DNA of 64,000 nt from an uncultured bacterium (GCA_902779565.1 CACZCD010000001.1:3929-67928), one strand, 5' to 3'; positions 23,787-33,183 are shown, numbered from the stretch's first letter. Made by a program: numbers and translations. Notes: generated from the sequence alone by a model not told the origin.

Positions 23787-25346
23787 TCAGTCGCCGATGT
23801 GGAAGGCGCCGAGCGGGAGATTGACGTCGTTGTAGATCGAGCCGAACCACGGCGACGAATACAGGTAGCGGAGCTTCTTCGGCTCCTTCACGCCCGGTGC
23901 GGAGACGGCGATCCGGGGGCCGTCCAACGTGCCGTGGTACACGGGTTTCCCGTCGCGCTTCGAGGCGACGGCGTTCTGGATCTTCGCCGGCACGAACTTC
24001 CCGTCGGCACCCGCGATCTCGAAGCCGTTCGAAAGCGAACGGTCGGCGTTGTACACGTAGAGACCCTTCGCATGGTTGAACTCCATCACGAACTTGTCGC
24101 CTTCGATCTTCCAGCTCTTGAGCGTCGGCGACTCGTCCTCAATGTCCGTAAAGCCATAGTCACGCTTGAGGGCATGGAGCGCCAGGCGCTTGGCGACAAG
24201 TTCCTTCTCGTTCGGGTGGATATCGCGCAGATTGCCGAGGTCGTTGATGACGGCCATCGCCGCGTTCTTCTCCTCGGCGACGAACTTCGCCTGCGCCTGC
24301 TGGATGTACGGGATGATGTCGGTGCCCCACGGCGCGAGCTGCACGAAGTAGAGCTTGAGATCGGGATTCTCGAAGCACTTCGACCAGCCGTTGTACAGCG
24401 CGTGCATGATGGTATCGTAGCGCGCATAGTCCTTGGCGTTGCTGCAGCCCTGATACCAGATGAAACCGCGCATCGCGAACGGCGTCCACGGTGCCACCAT
24501 CTCGTTCCAGAGCGCCATCGGCTGATCACGGAACGTCTGACGCGAATAGCCAAGTTCCTTCATCCGCTCCGGCTTGAAGTTGGCGACCTCCGGCTGGTAG
24601 GCCGCCTCCTTTTCGCATCCCTTCGTCGCGGCAAAGCCCTCACGCGGCGTCCACGGTTCGGCGCGCGTGCCGCCCCAGTAGCTACCGACGATGCCCACGG
24701 GGATCTCCAAGGCCGCATAGAGCTCCAGCGCATAGTACACGCCCATCGCGGAGAAGCTCGGTGGTTTCGCGAGGTTCTCCGGCGTGAACGCCTTCCATGC
24801 GACCGGATAGTCGGCCTTCGCCTTCGGCGCCGCCGCAGCCTTATAGTTGGAGCAGTAGGCGAACCGTATGAACGGGCGGTGCGTCACCTGCGCCACCATC
24901 GCCCCCTGACGGTCGCGGAAGCGCGGGCTGCCGCCAACGAGCGGAAACTCCGTGTTGGACTGTCCACAGCAGTACCACACCTCGCCCACGAGAACATCCT
25001 TGACCTCCACGATGTCGTCGTCGGGGATGGAGGCGAAGAGCCCCCACAGGTTCGTCCACCGTGCATTCTCGTCGTTCCAGGCGCTCACCTTGAGCGTACG
25101 CCCTTCCTTCGAAGTCTCTAACGGCGCAAGATCCACACGCCATTTGCCGGTGGCGTCCGCCTTCGCCGTGCGCGTCTGCCCGGCGAATTCCACCGTCACC
25201 TCTTCGCCGGCATCCGCCCAGCCCCACACCGGCACGTTCATGCCACGCTGAAGCACCATGCCATCCGCAAACGGGGTGCCGAGCTTCAGTCCCGCCTGCG
25301 CCGCCAGCGCCGCCAACGCCGCCGATACAATCATGAGTTTTTTCAT
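23787..25346 (-). CDS. Secreted sialate O-acetylesterase (SASA/SGNH-type carbohydrate esterase)
   Basis: Signal peptide, the GQSN catalytic block (VWYCCGQSNTEF), and length and architecture typical of 9-O-acetylesterases. Confidence 0.85.
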   Translation of the reverse strand: MKKLMIVSAALAALAAQAGLKLGTPFADGMVLQRGMNVPVWGWADAGEEVTVEFAGQTRTAKADATGKWRVDLAPLETSKEGRTLKVSAWNDENARWTNLWGLFASIPDDDIVEVKDVLVGEVWYCCGQSNTEFPLVGGSPRFRDRQGAMVAQVTHRPFIRFAYCSNYKAAAAPKAKADYPVAWKAFTPENLAKPPSFSAMGVYYALELYAALEIPVGIVGSYWGGTRAEPWTPREGFAATKGCEKEAAYQPEVANFKPERMKELGYSRQTFRDQPMALWNEMVAPWTPFAMRGFIWYQGCSNAKDYARYDTIMHALYNGWSKCFENPDLKLYFVQLAPWGTDIIPYIQQAQAKFVAEEKNAAMAVINDLGNLRDIHPNEKELVAKRLALHALKRDYGFTDIEDESPTLKSWKIEGDKFVMEFNHAKGLYVYNADRSLSNGFEIAGADGKFVPAKIQNAVASKRDGKPVYHGTLDGPRIAVSAPGVKEPKKLRYLYSSPWFGSIYNDVNLPLGAFHIGD

Positions 25347-25360
25347 GTTAATCCTTTTTT

Positions 25361-25433
25361 AGTTGATAGTTGATAATTGATGATTGGTGGTCTAGTCTCA
25401 ACCTTTCCACTTTTCCACCTTCCCACTTTTAAC
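25361..25433. repeat. Composite intercistronic repeat: heptamer leader (AGTTGAT x4-5) plus octamer units (NNTTCMAC x5)
   Basis: The plus strand reads AGTTGAT AGTTGAT AATTGAT GATTGGT GGTCTA then GTCTCAAC CTTTCCAC TTTTCCAC CTTCCCAC TTTTAAC. It abuts the AI-2E stop at 25435 and the esterase RBS. Confidence 0.85.
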
Positions 25434-25434
25434 T

Positions 25435-26571
25435 TCAGATAACACCTTTGATGTACCGTTCCTTCACCGTGCGCCAAAGCACCAGGCAGAACGCCGAAAG
25501 CGGGATGGCGAGCAGGAGCCCCAGGAGCGACTTGAACACCGCGCTCCAGAACAGGAACGAGAAGATCACGCCCGCAAAGCCAAGTCCTGTGCGCTGGCCC
25601 TGGATGAGCGGCGTGATGGCATAGCCGTCCGCGATCTGGCCGGCCGCCCATACGCTCGACACACCGATGAGCCGCAACAGACTGCCACCATCGCCGAAGA
25701 AGGCGAGCAGGAGCGCAAGCGGAAGGCAGATTACAGTACCGAGGAGCGGCACAAGGTTGATCGCTCCCAGCGCAAAGCCGATCACGAAGCCGTAGGGCAG
25801 CCCCACGAGAACGAATCCGAGGCCGTAGAGCACGCCTTCCACAAGGCAGATGATCACCTGCCGCTGGAAAAAGGAGACGATGATGTCCGTGAACGTATCG
25901 ATCTGATCCGCCACAAACCCGCGCGTCTCCTCCTTCAGGAACGGCATCTGCCGCACACAGTCCTCGCCGCGCAGCGCCGGCTTCATCAGGAAGTACACGA
26001 AGAAGATCATCGTCACAACCCACCCGACAAGACCCATGAGGTACTTCACCACACTGAAGCTCACCTTCACCGCCTTTCCGCCGTACTGCGCGCCGAGCTG
26101 GGAGAGGATATCGTGCGAGAACTGCGCGGGATCCGTGAAGAACAGAAGCGCGGAGTCCGGCACGCCGAGCTTCACAAGCCCCGCATGAAGCCCCGGATGC
26201 TGGGCCTGGAACCATTCGCTCGCGCGCGTCACAATCGTTGGCGCAGCGGTGATGAAGGCCGAGAGCTGCTCGATCAGCATCGCGCCCGTGAGCCACAGCA
26301 CGAGACCCGCCGGCACAAGGACCGTGAGGGACATCGCCACCAGCGCCAGGGTCGGGTTGTGCAACCGCTTCAGGAACCATCCGTAGTACGGCTTGAAGAA
26401 CATCGAAAGGAGCAATCCCATGATGACCGGTGTCAGCGCGGGCGCCGTCAGGTTCAGGAGCTTCAACACAAACCAGCCAATACCGAGCGCAAAGGCGACC
26501 ACCAGCGCCACCGCCAGAGACGTGACGCCCGCCGCCGCCCATTTCTTCTGCCGATTGCTCAAGTCAATCAC
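25435..26571 (-). CDS. AI-2E family transporter (PerM/UPF0118)
   Basis: 378 aa multi-TM protein with the family-typical C-terminal block (GLPYGFVIGFALGAINLVPLLG...). The start appears to be GTG at 26571, overlapping the upstream stop. Confidence 0.85.
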   Translation of the reverse strand: MIDLSNRQKKWAAAGVTSLAVALVVAFALGIGWFVLKLLNLTAPALTPVIMGLLLSMFFKPYYGWFLKRLHNPTLALVAMSLTVLVPAGLVLWLTGAMLIEQLSAFITAAPTIVTRASEWFQAQHPGLHAGLVKLGVPDSALLFFTDPAQFSHDILSQLGAQYGGKAVKVSFSVVKYLMGLVGWVVTMIFFVYFLMKPALRGEDCVRQMPFLKEETRGFVADQIDTFTDIIVSFFQRQVIICLVEGVLYGLGFVLVGLPYGFVIGFALGAINLVPLLGTVICLPLALLLAFFGDGGSLLRLIGVSSVWAAGQIADGYAITPLIQGQRTGLGFAGVIFSFLFWSAVFKSLLGLLLAIPLSAFCLVLWRTVKERYIKGVI

Positions 26572-28046
26572 GATGCGCCTCCCTTCGTTTGCTCGCCGCC
26601 GCGGAAATCCAGAAGATGCCCCAGCAGCGAACGGATTCCACGATAGTAGAACGAAAAATCAAAAAGCGTCCGGGTGGAGGTCAGCCGCCGCCAAAGCGCC
26701 GCCGGCTGCAGGAACCCGCGATAGACCTCGCGGATCGCGCACTTGATCTCATCCTCCGTGACAAGCGGCGTCTTGGTGATCGCGCGCCGCATGTCATACT
26801 CGTCCCAGTCAAGCGTCGTGAGACCGTCCGCCGCCGCCAGCTCCTTGAAGAGCGGCGTGCCGGGATAGGGGATCGTGAGCGTACACTGGAGCGTCGAGGC
26901 CCAGCCTTTCGCCAACATCCGCCGCGCGAGGGCCACCGTGTTCGCGATCTCCGCCTTGCCTTCCCAGGCGTGCCCGAACATGAACGTAAGATGCACGTCC
27001 AGCCCCGCCTCGCTCGCCCACTGCGCGCCCTGCTCCACGTCCTCGACCTTGAGCGCTTTCACGAAGCGGTCGAGCGTGTACTGATTGGCGCTCTCCACGC
27101 CAAAGAGCACCAGACGGAAGCCCGCCTTGCGCATCAGCCGGTAGTCCTCGGACGTCAACCGCCCGAACCGCATGTTGCAGTCGATGCGGACCTTGCGGTT
27201 CAGCCCCCGCTTGATCATCTCGTCGCAGAAGATCTTCAGGAATCCGCCCACCGGAAAGGAGCCGGAGTCGTCCATGATCTCCTTCACGCCGTACGTCTTC
27301 ACGAGGTGTTCAATCTCGTTCACCACGTCGTAGGGGTCGCGCGTGCGGTAGGTCGGATAAAGCGTCGTCCAACTGCAGAAGGTGCACTTCGCGTGCCAGC
27401 AGTCGCGACCAGACATGATGTAGGTGCCGGGCGTGCGGCGGAAGTTTCCGTTCTTGGTCGCGTAGAGCTTCCACTTGCACAGGTCACGGTCGATCCACGG
27501 CGTCTTCTTGAGATCGTGGTTGAGCTGGAAGCGTCCCGTGTTCTGGACGTCGCCCTTCTCACCCCGGTACCAGATGCCGGGCTCATATTGGGAAGCCTCG
27601 CCCGCCGCCGCCAACAGGTTCATCAGGAGAAAATCCCAATCGCCGCCCGTGAGGATGAAATCGACGGGGCATTTCTCCATCGTCTCCTCCGGCATCGCCG
27701 TCACATGATCGCCGACGAGGATGTATTTGGACGTTGCGAGTTGCTGCTTCTGGTCGGCGATCCACTTCCAATGGCGCTTGACGACGGGCGTCTTCGTTTC
27801 AACAACAACATAATCTGGGGCAAACTCGCGAAGCCGACGGTCGAACTCATCGGGCATCAGCTCCTCCGCGATGCCATCAAGCCACAGGACATCATGTCCT
27901 GCGGCTTTGAGCATCGTTGCGGCCGTCCCCGGCACCACCGGAAAGATGTAGGTGGGCCGGGAGAACCACTGGAACTGCCGGTTCTGCGAAAGGAGCGGCA
28001 CGCCCTTCTCGCTCGGCAGCGGCGGATAGCAGATCGCGACTTTCAT
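26568..28046 (-). CDS. B12-binding-domain radical SAM protein
   Basis: N-terminal Rossmann-like cobalamin-binding region (KYILVGDHVTAMPEE) and radical SAM CWHAKCTFC (CxxxCxxC). Confidence 0.85.
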   Translation of the reverse strand: MKVAICYPPLPSEKGVPLLSQNRQFQWFSRPTYIFPVVPGTAATMLKAAGHDVLWLDGIAEELMPDEFDRRLREFAPDYVVVETKTPVVKRHWKWIADQKQQLATSKYILVGDHVTAMPEETMEKCPVDFILTGGDWDFLLMNLLAAAGEASQYEPGIWYRGEKGDVQNTGRFQLNHDLKKTPWIDRDLCKWKLYATKNGNFRRTPGTYIMSGRDCWHAKCTFCSWTTLYPTYRTRDPYDVVNEIEHLVKTYGVKEIMDDSGSFPVGGFLKIFCDEMIKRGLNRKVRIDCNMRFGRLTSEDYRLMRKAGFRLVLFGVESANQYTLDRFVKALKVEDVEQGAQWASEAGLDVHLTFMFGHAWEGKAEIANTVALARRMLAKGWASTLQCTLTIPYPGTPLFKELAAADGLTTLDWDEYDMRRAITKTPLVTEDEIKCAIREVYRGFLQPAALWRRLTSTRTLFDFSFYYRGIRSLLGHLLDFRGGEQTKGGAS

Positions 28047-28079
28047 GGGGACGCGGCGCGAACGCGCAACCCTCGCTAA

Positions 28080-29093
28080 TCACCACTTGTAGCCGATGCC
28101 GAGCATGTAGCGCAGGTCGGAGTGCTTCGTGCCCGCACCGACCTTGCTCTTGTAGTCCCATTCGATCTTGCCGAGCAGCTGCCAGTTGGCCCGGAACGCA
28201 TAGGTGAAGCCCACGTCGCTGTCGATGATGTAGTTATCTTCCCAATCGGAGAGCTCAGGGATATACTCAAAGTTGTGCGTGAAGTTGAAACCCGTAATCC
28301 AGTTCGGATCCCAGGCAAGGTGGTGGGCGTAGCGGAACGCCAAGTAGTCGTCATCCAGCGTGGATTTGTAGCGCTCCTTCACCCAGGTGAGACCGGCTTC
28401 CTGGTTGAAGCTCCATTTGCCGAAGTTCTCGAATGCACGCCCGTCAAGCCACTGGAGACCGAGACCGGCACCCACGCGATAGCGGTAGTCGAGGTTCATG
28501 ATGCGATCATACTCATACTTGCCGTTGATGTAGCTGTAGAACATCGAGGTCCAGAAGTGGTCCTCCTGCGCCTGGAGCTCAAAGCGGTTGGAGGTCTTCT
28601 GCTTGTCTTCCTTGCTGTCGCCGGACTGCGCAAAGTTGTAGGCGGCGGAACCGGTCAGACGATCCTTCTCCCAGCGGCGGGCAAGATCCGCAAACAGCGA
28701 CACGGCTTCGGAGACCGTATTCCCGCGCGCCGCGGTCGCCGAAAGGTTCACGCTGCCGTGCCAGGTCTCGGGCGTGGGGTTCACGCTCTTCACCTTGCCC
28801 ATGTCAAGGGCGTCGCCATCGAGCGTGAAGCCCTTCTCGTCGCGACCCACAACGCCGGTCTCCACATGCTTGTCGTTGAACTCGACGGGATTTGCCTTGT
28901 CGGTGGTCATCGACACCACGTTGTCCTGCTTGATTTTGATATCGCCCACGTCTTCAGACGCAAAATCAATCGTGCCGCCTTCAATGTGCTTGACGGTACC
29001 GACGAACTTGGCGCCAGACTTCATCACGATGACGTCGGCCGACGCGACCAGCCCCATGTACAGGGCAGCTACGCAAACGAGGATTTTCTTCAT
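28080..29093 (-). CDS. DUF481 (YdiY-like) outer-membrane beta-barrel protein
   Basis: Signal peptide. N-terminal DVIVMKSGAKFVGTVKHIEGGTIDF motif. Alternating beta-strand pattern ending LGIGYKW. Confidence 0.8.
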   Translation of the reverse strand: MKKILVCVAALYMGLVASADVIVMKSGAKFVGTVKHIEGGTIDFASEDVGDIKIKQDNVVSMTTDKANPVEFNDKHVETGVVGRDEKGFTLDGDALDMGKVKSVNPTPETWHGSVNLSATAARGNTVSEAVSLFADLARRWEKDRLTGSAAYNFAQSGDSKEDKQKTSNRFELQAQEDHFWTSMFYSYINGKYEYDRIMNLDYRYRVGAGLGLQWLDGRAFENFGKWSFNQEAGLTWVKERYKSTLDDDYLAFRYAHHLAWDPNWITGFNFTHNFEYIPELSDWEDNYIIDSDVGFTYAFRANWQLLGKIEWDYKSKVGAGTKHSDLRYMLGIGYKW

Positions 29094-29123
29094 TGTATTC
29101 TCCTTGGTTGAAAAAACGCACGT

Positions 29124-29132
29124 ATTGTATCA
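29124..29132 (-). promoter_or_regulatory. Extended -10 TGATACAAT upstream of the DUF481 gene
   Basis: The minus strand reads TGATACAAT followed by a 30-nt leader with AAGGAG, then ATG 29093. The TGA of the motif is the stop codon of the GT fragment. Confidence 0.5.
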
Positions 29133-29630
29133 TAAAGCCACAGCAAATGCCACATAGCCCGCATAAAGTTTTTGGGCATCAAAAGCCTCCGCCAAAGCCG
29201 CCACCCCCGCCCGTTTCCCAACGGCGGCGCGGACCGCCGTGCGCAGCGCCGCCGGATCGCCCGCCGTGTAGGTGACGCCCGCCGCGTGCCGCGTCAAAAG
29301 GTCGGCCGTCTCGCCATGCAGCGAACTCGCCACGGGGAGGCCCGCCGCCGCGTAGTCCGCGAGCTTGTACGGCACGCCCACGCAGGAATCGTCGAACATC
29401 GGCACGAGCCCCACATCCGCCTGCGCCAGCTGCGCACGGAGCGCCGTCTCGTCGAGATAGCCATGGAACCGGATGCGGTCACAACCCGCCGCCCGCCGTC
29501 GGAGAGCAGCCTCGTCGGGGCCCGCCCCCGCTAAATCGAGCGTCAGCTCCGTATCCCCCATCACGGCATCCACGGCCGTAGCCAGATCGTAGCTCAAGCT
29601 CATGTTCCCGATATAGACGATTCTTATCAT
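29130..29630 (-). CDS. Glycosyltransferase (GT-B, GT4-like) C-terminal half only; truncated gene or stand-alone domain
   Basis: 166 aa. It matches only the second Rossmann domain (LDLAGAGPDEAALRR...IRFHGYL...ADVGLVPM...KLADYAAAGLPV). No room for an N-terminal half, because the ABC ATPase ends at 29643. Confidence 0.55.
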   Translation of the reverse strand: MIRIVYIGNMSLSYDLATAVDAVMGDTELTLDLAGAGPDEAALRRRAAGCDRIRFHGYLDETALRAQLAQADVGLVPMFDDSCVGVPYKLADYAAAGLPVASSLHGETADLLTRHAAGVTYTAGDPAALRTAVRAAVGKRAGVAALAEAFDAQKLYAGYVAFAVAL

Positions 29631-29642
29631 CTGCGCCTTAAA

Positions 29643-30572
29643 TTATACCACCGTCGGCGAACGCGAAAGAAACGCCTCCTCAAGCGAGAGACCGGACGCC
29701 ACGGCCAGCACGTCCGTCTGGGCGAGCAGCGCTGGCAGGAGCCGCCGGTTCACCGCCGCCACGCCGCCGGCTTCATCGCCAAATGTGCAGACCAGGAGAC
29801 GTTCCGCCGCACGCCACTCGAATGATGCACCGGGCACGGCAGCGGAAAGCGCCGCGATGTTGCCCGGTTCATGGACCAGCGTGAACACGATGCGGTCCGT
29901 CGCGTGCGTGATGGAGGCGACGGAATCCATGCGCGTCACGCGTCCCTTTTCAATGAAGGCCACATGCGTGCAGAGCCGCTCGATGTCTTCCAGGTTGTGC
30001 GACGAGATGACGATCGTCTGCCGCCCCCGCTGCGACAGGATGAACCGGCGCAGACGATCCGCCTCCACGGGATCGAGACCGTTCAACGGCTCATCCAGCA
30101 GCACCACCTCCGGCCGCCCCACGAAGCACTGGGCGACCATCGCGCGCTTGCGCATTCCGTGGGAGAGCGTCCGCATCCGGGAGCGCGCGCGATCCGTGAG
30201 ATTGACAGCCGCCAGCGTCTCGCGCACGCTGCGCCGCGCGGCCGCCGCCGTCAGCCCCTGAAGACGTCCGAACCGGTAGAGCGCCCCCTCCGGCGTATCT
30301 TCCAGCGGAAGTTCCGAGTCCTGCGGCAGGATCGCCACGCGTCCGCCGTGCCGCGTGGCGTCGAACGGTCCGTTCCCAAGCAGATCGATCTCGCCTGCGT
30401 CCGGACGCAGGAATCCGGCGACCGTCATCATCCAGGTGGTCTTCCCCGCGCCGTTCGCGCCCACCATCCCCATCACCGCGCCGCGCGGCACGGAAAGCGA
30501 GAGACCGTCGAGCGCACGTTGGCGACCACGGCGCTTGACGAGATTGCGCGTGACGATAGCAAAGCCGATCAT
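29643..30572 (-). CDS. ABC transporter ATP-binding protein
   Basis: Walker A GANGAGKTT, signature LSHGMRKR, Walker B VVLLDEP. True start is ATG 30572 (MIGFAIV), overlapping the permease stop (ATGA). The 596-aa ORF-track version is a high-GC read-through. Confidence 0.92.
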   Translation of the reverse strand: MIGFAIVTRNLVKRRGRQRALDGLSLSVPRGAVMGMVGANGAGKTTWMMTVAGFLRPDAGEIDLLGNGPFDATRHGGRVAILPQDSELPLEDTPEGALYRFGRLQGLTAAAARRSVRETLAAVNLTDRARSRMRTLSHGMRKRAMVAQCFVGRPEVVLLDEPLNGLDPVEADRLRRFILSQRGRQTIVISSHNLEDIERLCTHVAFIEKGRVTRMDSVASITHATDRIVFTLVHEPGNIAALSAAVPGASFEWRAAERLLVCTFGDEAGGVAAVNRRLLPALLAQTDVLAVASGLSLEEAFLSRSPTVV

Positions 30573-31474
30573 ACGTCCCTCCGGCAGAAAAAGGCCGCGC
30601 CCGCCATGAGATACGTGAGCCCCAGGATCACGAGATGGAAACTTCCTGAAAGGAGCGGAACCGCCGAAAACCGCCAGAGCGACATCTCGGCACCCGCCGG
30701 CACGAGCATCCGCAGATGCGTGAGAACGCCCGGCCAGCCGTGGAAGGAATGCAGGAAATCCATAAGCGGCGGCAACGCCCCGAAAAGCCCGATCGCCACG
30801 ATACCGAGCGACGTAGCGCGCCCGGGCGACCGCGTGAGATGCGAAATGCCGAGCGCCAGCCCGAGCCACGCCAGCGAATAGATCCATGCGCGCAGCCCCC
30901 AGTTGAGCAACGGCAGGAAAAGCGAGGCCGCCGTGCCGGAAGGCAGGCGGCAGAACGCCACCACGGCGGCCCCCATCGCACTCACGACCAACGCCACTGC
31001 AATCATGAGCGCCTGCCCGAGATACTTCCCGACCGACCACTCCAGGCGTGTCTCGCGCACGAGCATGTACCGCACCGCACCCGAACGAAGATCCTCCGAG
31101 ACGCGCGTGCCCGCCACAAGTACCGTCAGCAGCGGCGCGCACAAAAACACGAACCACGCATAGATCAGTTCCACCGGATGCCGCCCCGAGATGTCGTCCA
31201 GCACAGGACTCTCCCCCACCACCGAGCGCACAATCCGGTTGAAGGGCTTCGACTTCCAGAGCGATGCCGAGACCACGCCCGTCTCGTCCGAATCCGGCAG
31301 CTGCAGCACCACCGCCAGCTCCTTCTCCATCCGGCCGAGCACGGAGATAGTACCGTTCATGCACAGCAGGGCGGCGCCGAGATACAGTACCAGCAACACG
31401 AGCGCACGGCGGCTGCGGATCGCCCCGCCCCACTCACCGAGCGCCGTCTGCCAGATATGCCACAGCGTGCGCAT
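30569..31474 (-). CDS. ABC-2-type transporter permease-like membrane protein
   Basis: 301 aa with about six hydrophobic segments. Translationally coupled to the ATPase. Confidence 0.7.
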   Translation of the reverse strand: MRTLWHIWQTALGEWGGAIRSRRALVLLVLYLGAALLCMNGTISVLGRMEKELAVVLQLPDSDETGVVSASLWKSKPFNRIVRSVVGESPVLDDISGRHPVELIYAWFVFLCAPLLTVLVAGTRVSEDLRSGAVRYMLVRETRLEWSVGKYLGQALMIAVALVVSAMGAAVVAFCRLPSGTAASLFLPLLNWGLRAWIYSLAWLGLALGISHLTRSPGRATSLGIVAIGLFGALPPLMDFLHSFHGWPGVLTHLRMLVPAGAEMSLWRFSAVPLLSGSFHLVILGLTYLMAGAAFFCRRDV

Positions 31475-32233
31475 TCACCGGTTCCTTCTGCGTGGAGCCG
31501 GGAAATTCTCCAGCTTCCCCTGCACGTCAATGAGCGGCTCGGCGACGCCGGGATCGATGAAGTCCACCATCTGCATCGAGGAAACCTGCTCGCGCATGTC
31601 AGGCGCGGCGCAGGCGCCAATCTTGTCGTAAGTCTCGGCCAGGATCGTGCTCGTTTCGCCCACCAACCGCAGCCCCAGCTCCGGCGTCATGCTGTCCCGC
31701 CCCTCCAGAAGCCCGGCCAGCGCCGCGACGCTGTCATAGAGACGCTCGTTCATCTCCTGCAGCGCGGCGTCGAACGCCTTCTCGCCCTCACCCGAAAGCT
31801 TCAGCTTCGACTTCCACTGCGCGCGCGCAAGATCCACGCGCGTCCGCCACAGGTCTTGCGCCTCCTCAATCCGCGCGCGCAGATCCTCCGGCGACAGGCG
31901 CGGCGGTACGGCGTTCGTCGAAGCGACGGCATTGGGTTTCTCCTTCGCAGTGGGCGGCGGCACGGGAGCATGCTTTGCGGCGACCTTGTTCGTGGCGGCG
32001 ATGGGCGGGAGCGGCGCCTTGGGCCGGTCCGGGCGCGGACGGCGCGACCGGCGGGCCGATTCGGGAATCTTCACCATCTGGGCAAAGGCATCAAACCCAC
32101 CGGGCTTGGCGGCGGTGTTCTGCTTCACGTCCCGCGCATGCGACCGGAACGAGCGCAATTCGTCCTGCGCCCCCCACGATCCGATGAGGTACCCGACGAG
32201 ACAGGCGAGCGGCAGCCACAAATAGACCTTCAT
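31475..32233 (-). CDS. Hypothetical membrane-anchored protein with a proline/alanine-rich linker
   Basis: 252 aa with an N-terminal TM helix (VYLWLPLACLVGYLIGSW). Its stop abuts the permease start. No recognisable family. Confidence 0.6.
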   Translation of the reverse strand: MKVYLWLPLACLVGYLIGSWGAQDELRSFRSHARDVKQNTAAKPGGFDAFAQMVKIPESARRSRRPRPDRPKAPLPPIAATNKVAAKHAPVPPPTAKEKPNAVASTNAVPPRLSPEDLRARIEEAQDLWRTRVDLARAQWKSKLKLSGEGEKAFDAALQEMNERLYDSVAALAGLLEGRDSMTPELGLRLVGETSTILAETYDKIGACAAPDMREQVSSMQMVDFIDPGVAEPLIDVQGKLENFPAPRRRNR

Positions 32234-32274
32234 GGGTGGAACCTCCGAGCTTGCAGGAAGAGGACGGCGGAACG

Positions 32275-33183
32275 TCAGCCGCAGCTGATCGTTGTCGTGA
32301 CCGCCTTGCGGTAGCCGGTCACGGCGATGGCGCCGGAGGGATAGATCTCCGCGAGCGCGTAGCTGTTCTCCTCTTCTCCGGCGTTCAGGACAAGGCCGCG
32401 AAGAGAATAGTACGTGATGCCCTTGATGATATCAATCAGCCCAGAGTGCTGATGGCCCGTGAACACCGCCTTCACCTTGCCGCTCTTCTCAATCACTTCT
32501 CGCACCGCCGCCGCGTTCTTGACGATGTGCTGGGGCTCGGCGGCAGAGCAGAGGCACTGATGGCAGAATATGACAACCCGTCCGGGCGCAGCGGCCAGTT
32601 CCTTCTGGAGCCAGGCAATCTCCTCCGGCGGCACATTGGCGTTGTTCCATGGATTGTTGCAGCTGTACGGTTTCATCGCCGAGTCGAAGCAGGCGTTCAT
32701 CACGATGAACGTCACGCCACCCCTCACGAAGGTGTAGTAACCGGTCTTGGACACCTTCCCGTCATTCGGCACGCGCGAGAAAAACTCTTCTGTCGTAAGG
32801 CAATCGAAGTCGTGGTTGCCGGCCACATGGTAGCGCGGCCCCTTGAAGCCGCTGAAAACCGTCTCGATCTTTTCGAGATAGCCGAGGGTCGCCGCCTTGG
32901 TCGGGCCCAGATCCTTGAAGTCCCCCAACTCGATCATGAAGTCCGGCCGCTCCCGGTTCATCACCGCCACGCATTCGGCAAGCTTCTTCGCCGACTCGCT
33001 GTAGGCGGCGTCACCAACCGGATAGGCGCGCTTCGCGTAAGGAATCTCCGCATAGTGGCAATCCGTTACCATGCCGAACCGCACCACGGGCTTCTCGCCC
33101 GGCTTCGGCAGCGAACAGCCGGCCAGCGTCACCGCCGAGAACATCCCGAACCCTTCAATGAAAAACCTGCGTGAACATTCCAT
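32275..33183 (-). CDS. Exported calcineurin-like metallophosphoesterase
   Basis: MECSRRFFIEGFG...LAGC (Tat/lipobox-like leader), then DCHY...GDFKD...GNHD...GHQH motifs. Start placed at ATG 33183. Confidence 0.82.
   Translation of the reverse strand: MECSRRFFIEGFGMFSAVTLAGCSLPKPGEKPVVRFGMVTDCHYAEIPYAKRAYPVGDAAYSESAKKLAECVAVMNRERPDFMIELGDFKDLGPTKAATLGYLEKIETVFSGFKGPRYHVAGNHDFDCLTTEEFFSRVPNDGKVSKTGYYTFVRGGVTFIVMNACFDSAMKPYSCNNPWNNANVPPEEIAWLQKELAAAPGRVVIFCHQCLCSAAEPQHIVKNAAAVREVIEKSGKVKAVFTGHQHSGLIDIIKGITYYSLRGLVLNAGEEENSYALAEIYPSGAIAVTGYRKAVTTTISCG

Noticed and set aside
25343-26542. 399-aa minus-strand ORF overlapping the AI-2E transporter in another frame.
   Set aside because: It is an off-frame shadow ORF. 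Its C-terminal residues (…KLKVGRWKSGKVETRPPIINYQLSTKKGLT) merely translate the tandem repeats. The AI-2E frame has clear family similarity.
29643-31433. 596-aa version of the ABC ATPase ORF.
   Set aside because: The N-terminal 286 residues are low-complexity read-through overlapping the permease gene in another frame. ATG 30572 gives a canonical ATPase N-terminus and an ATGA overlap with the permease stop.
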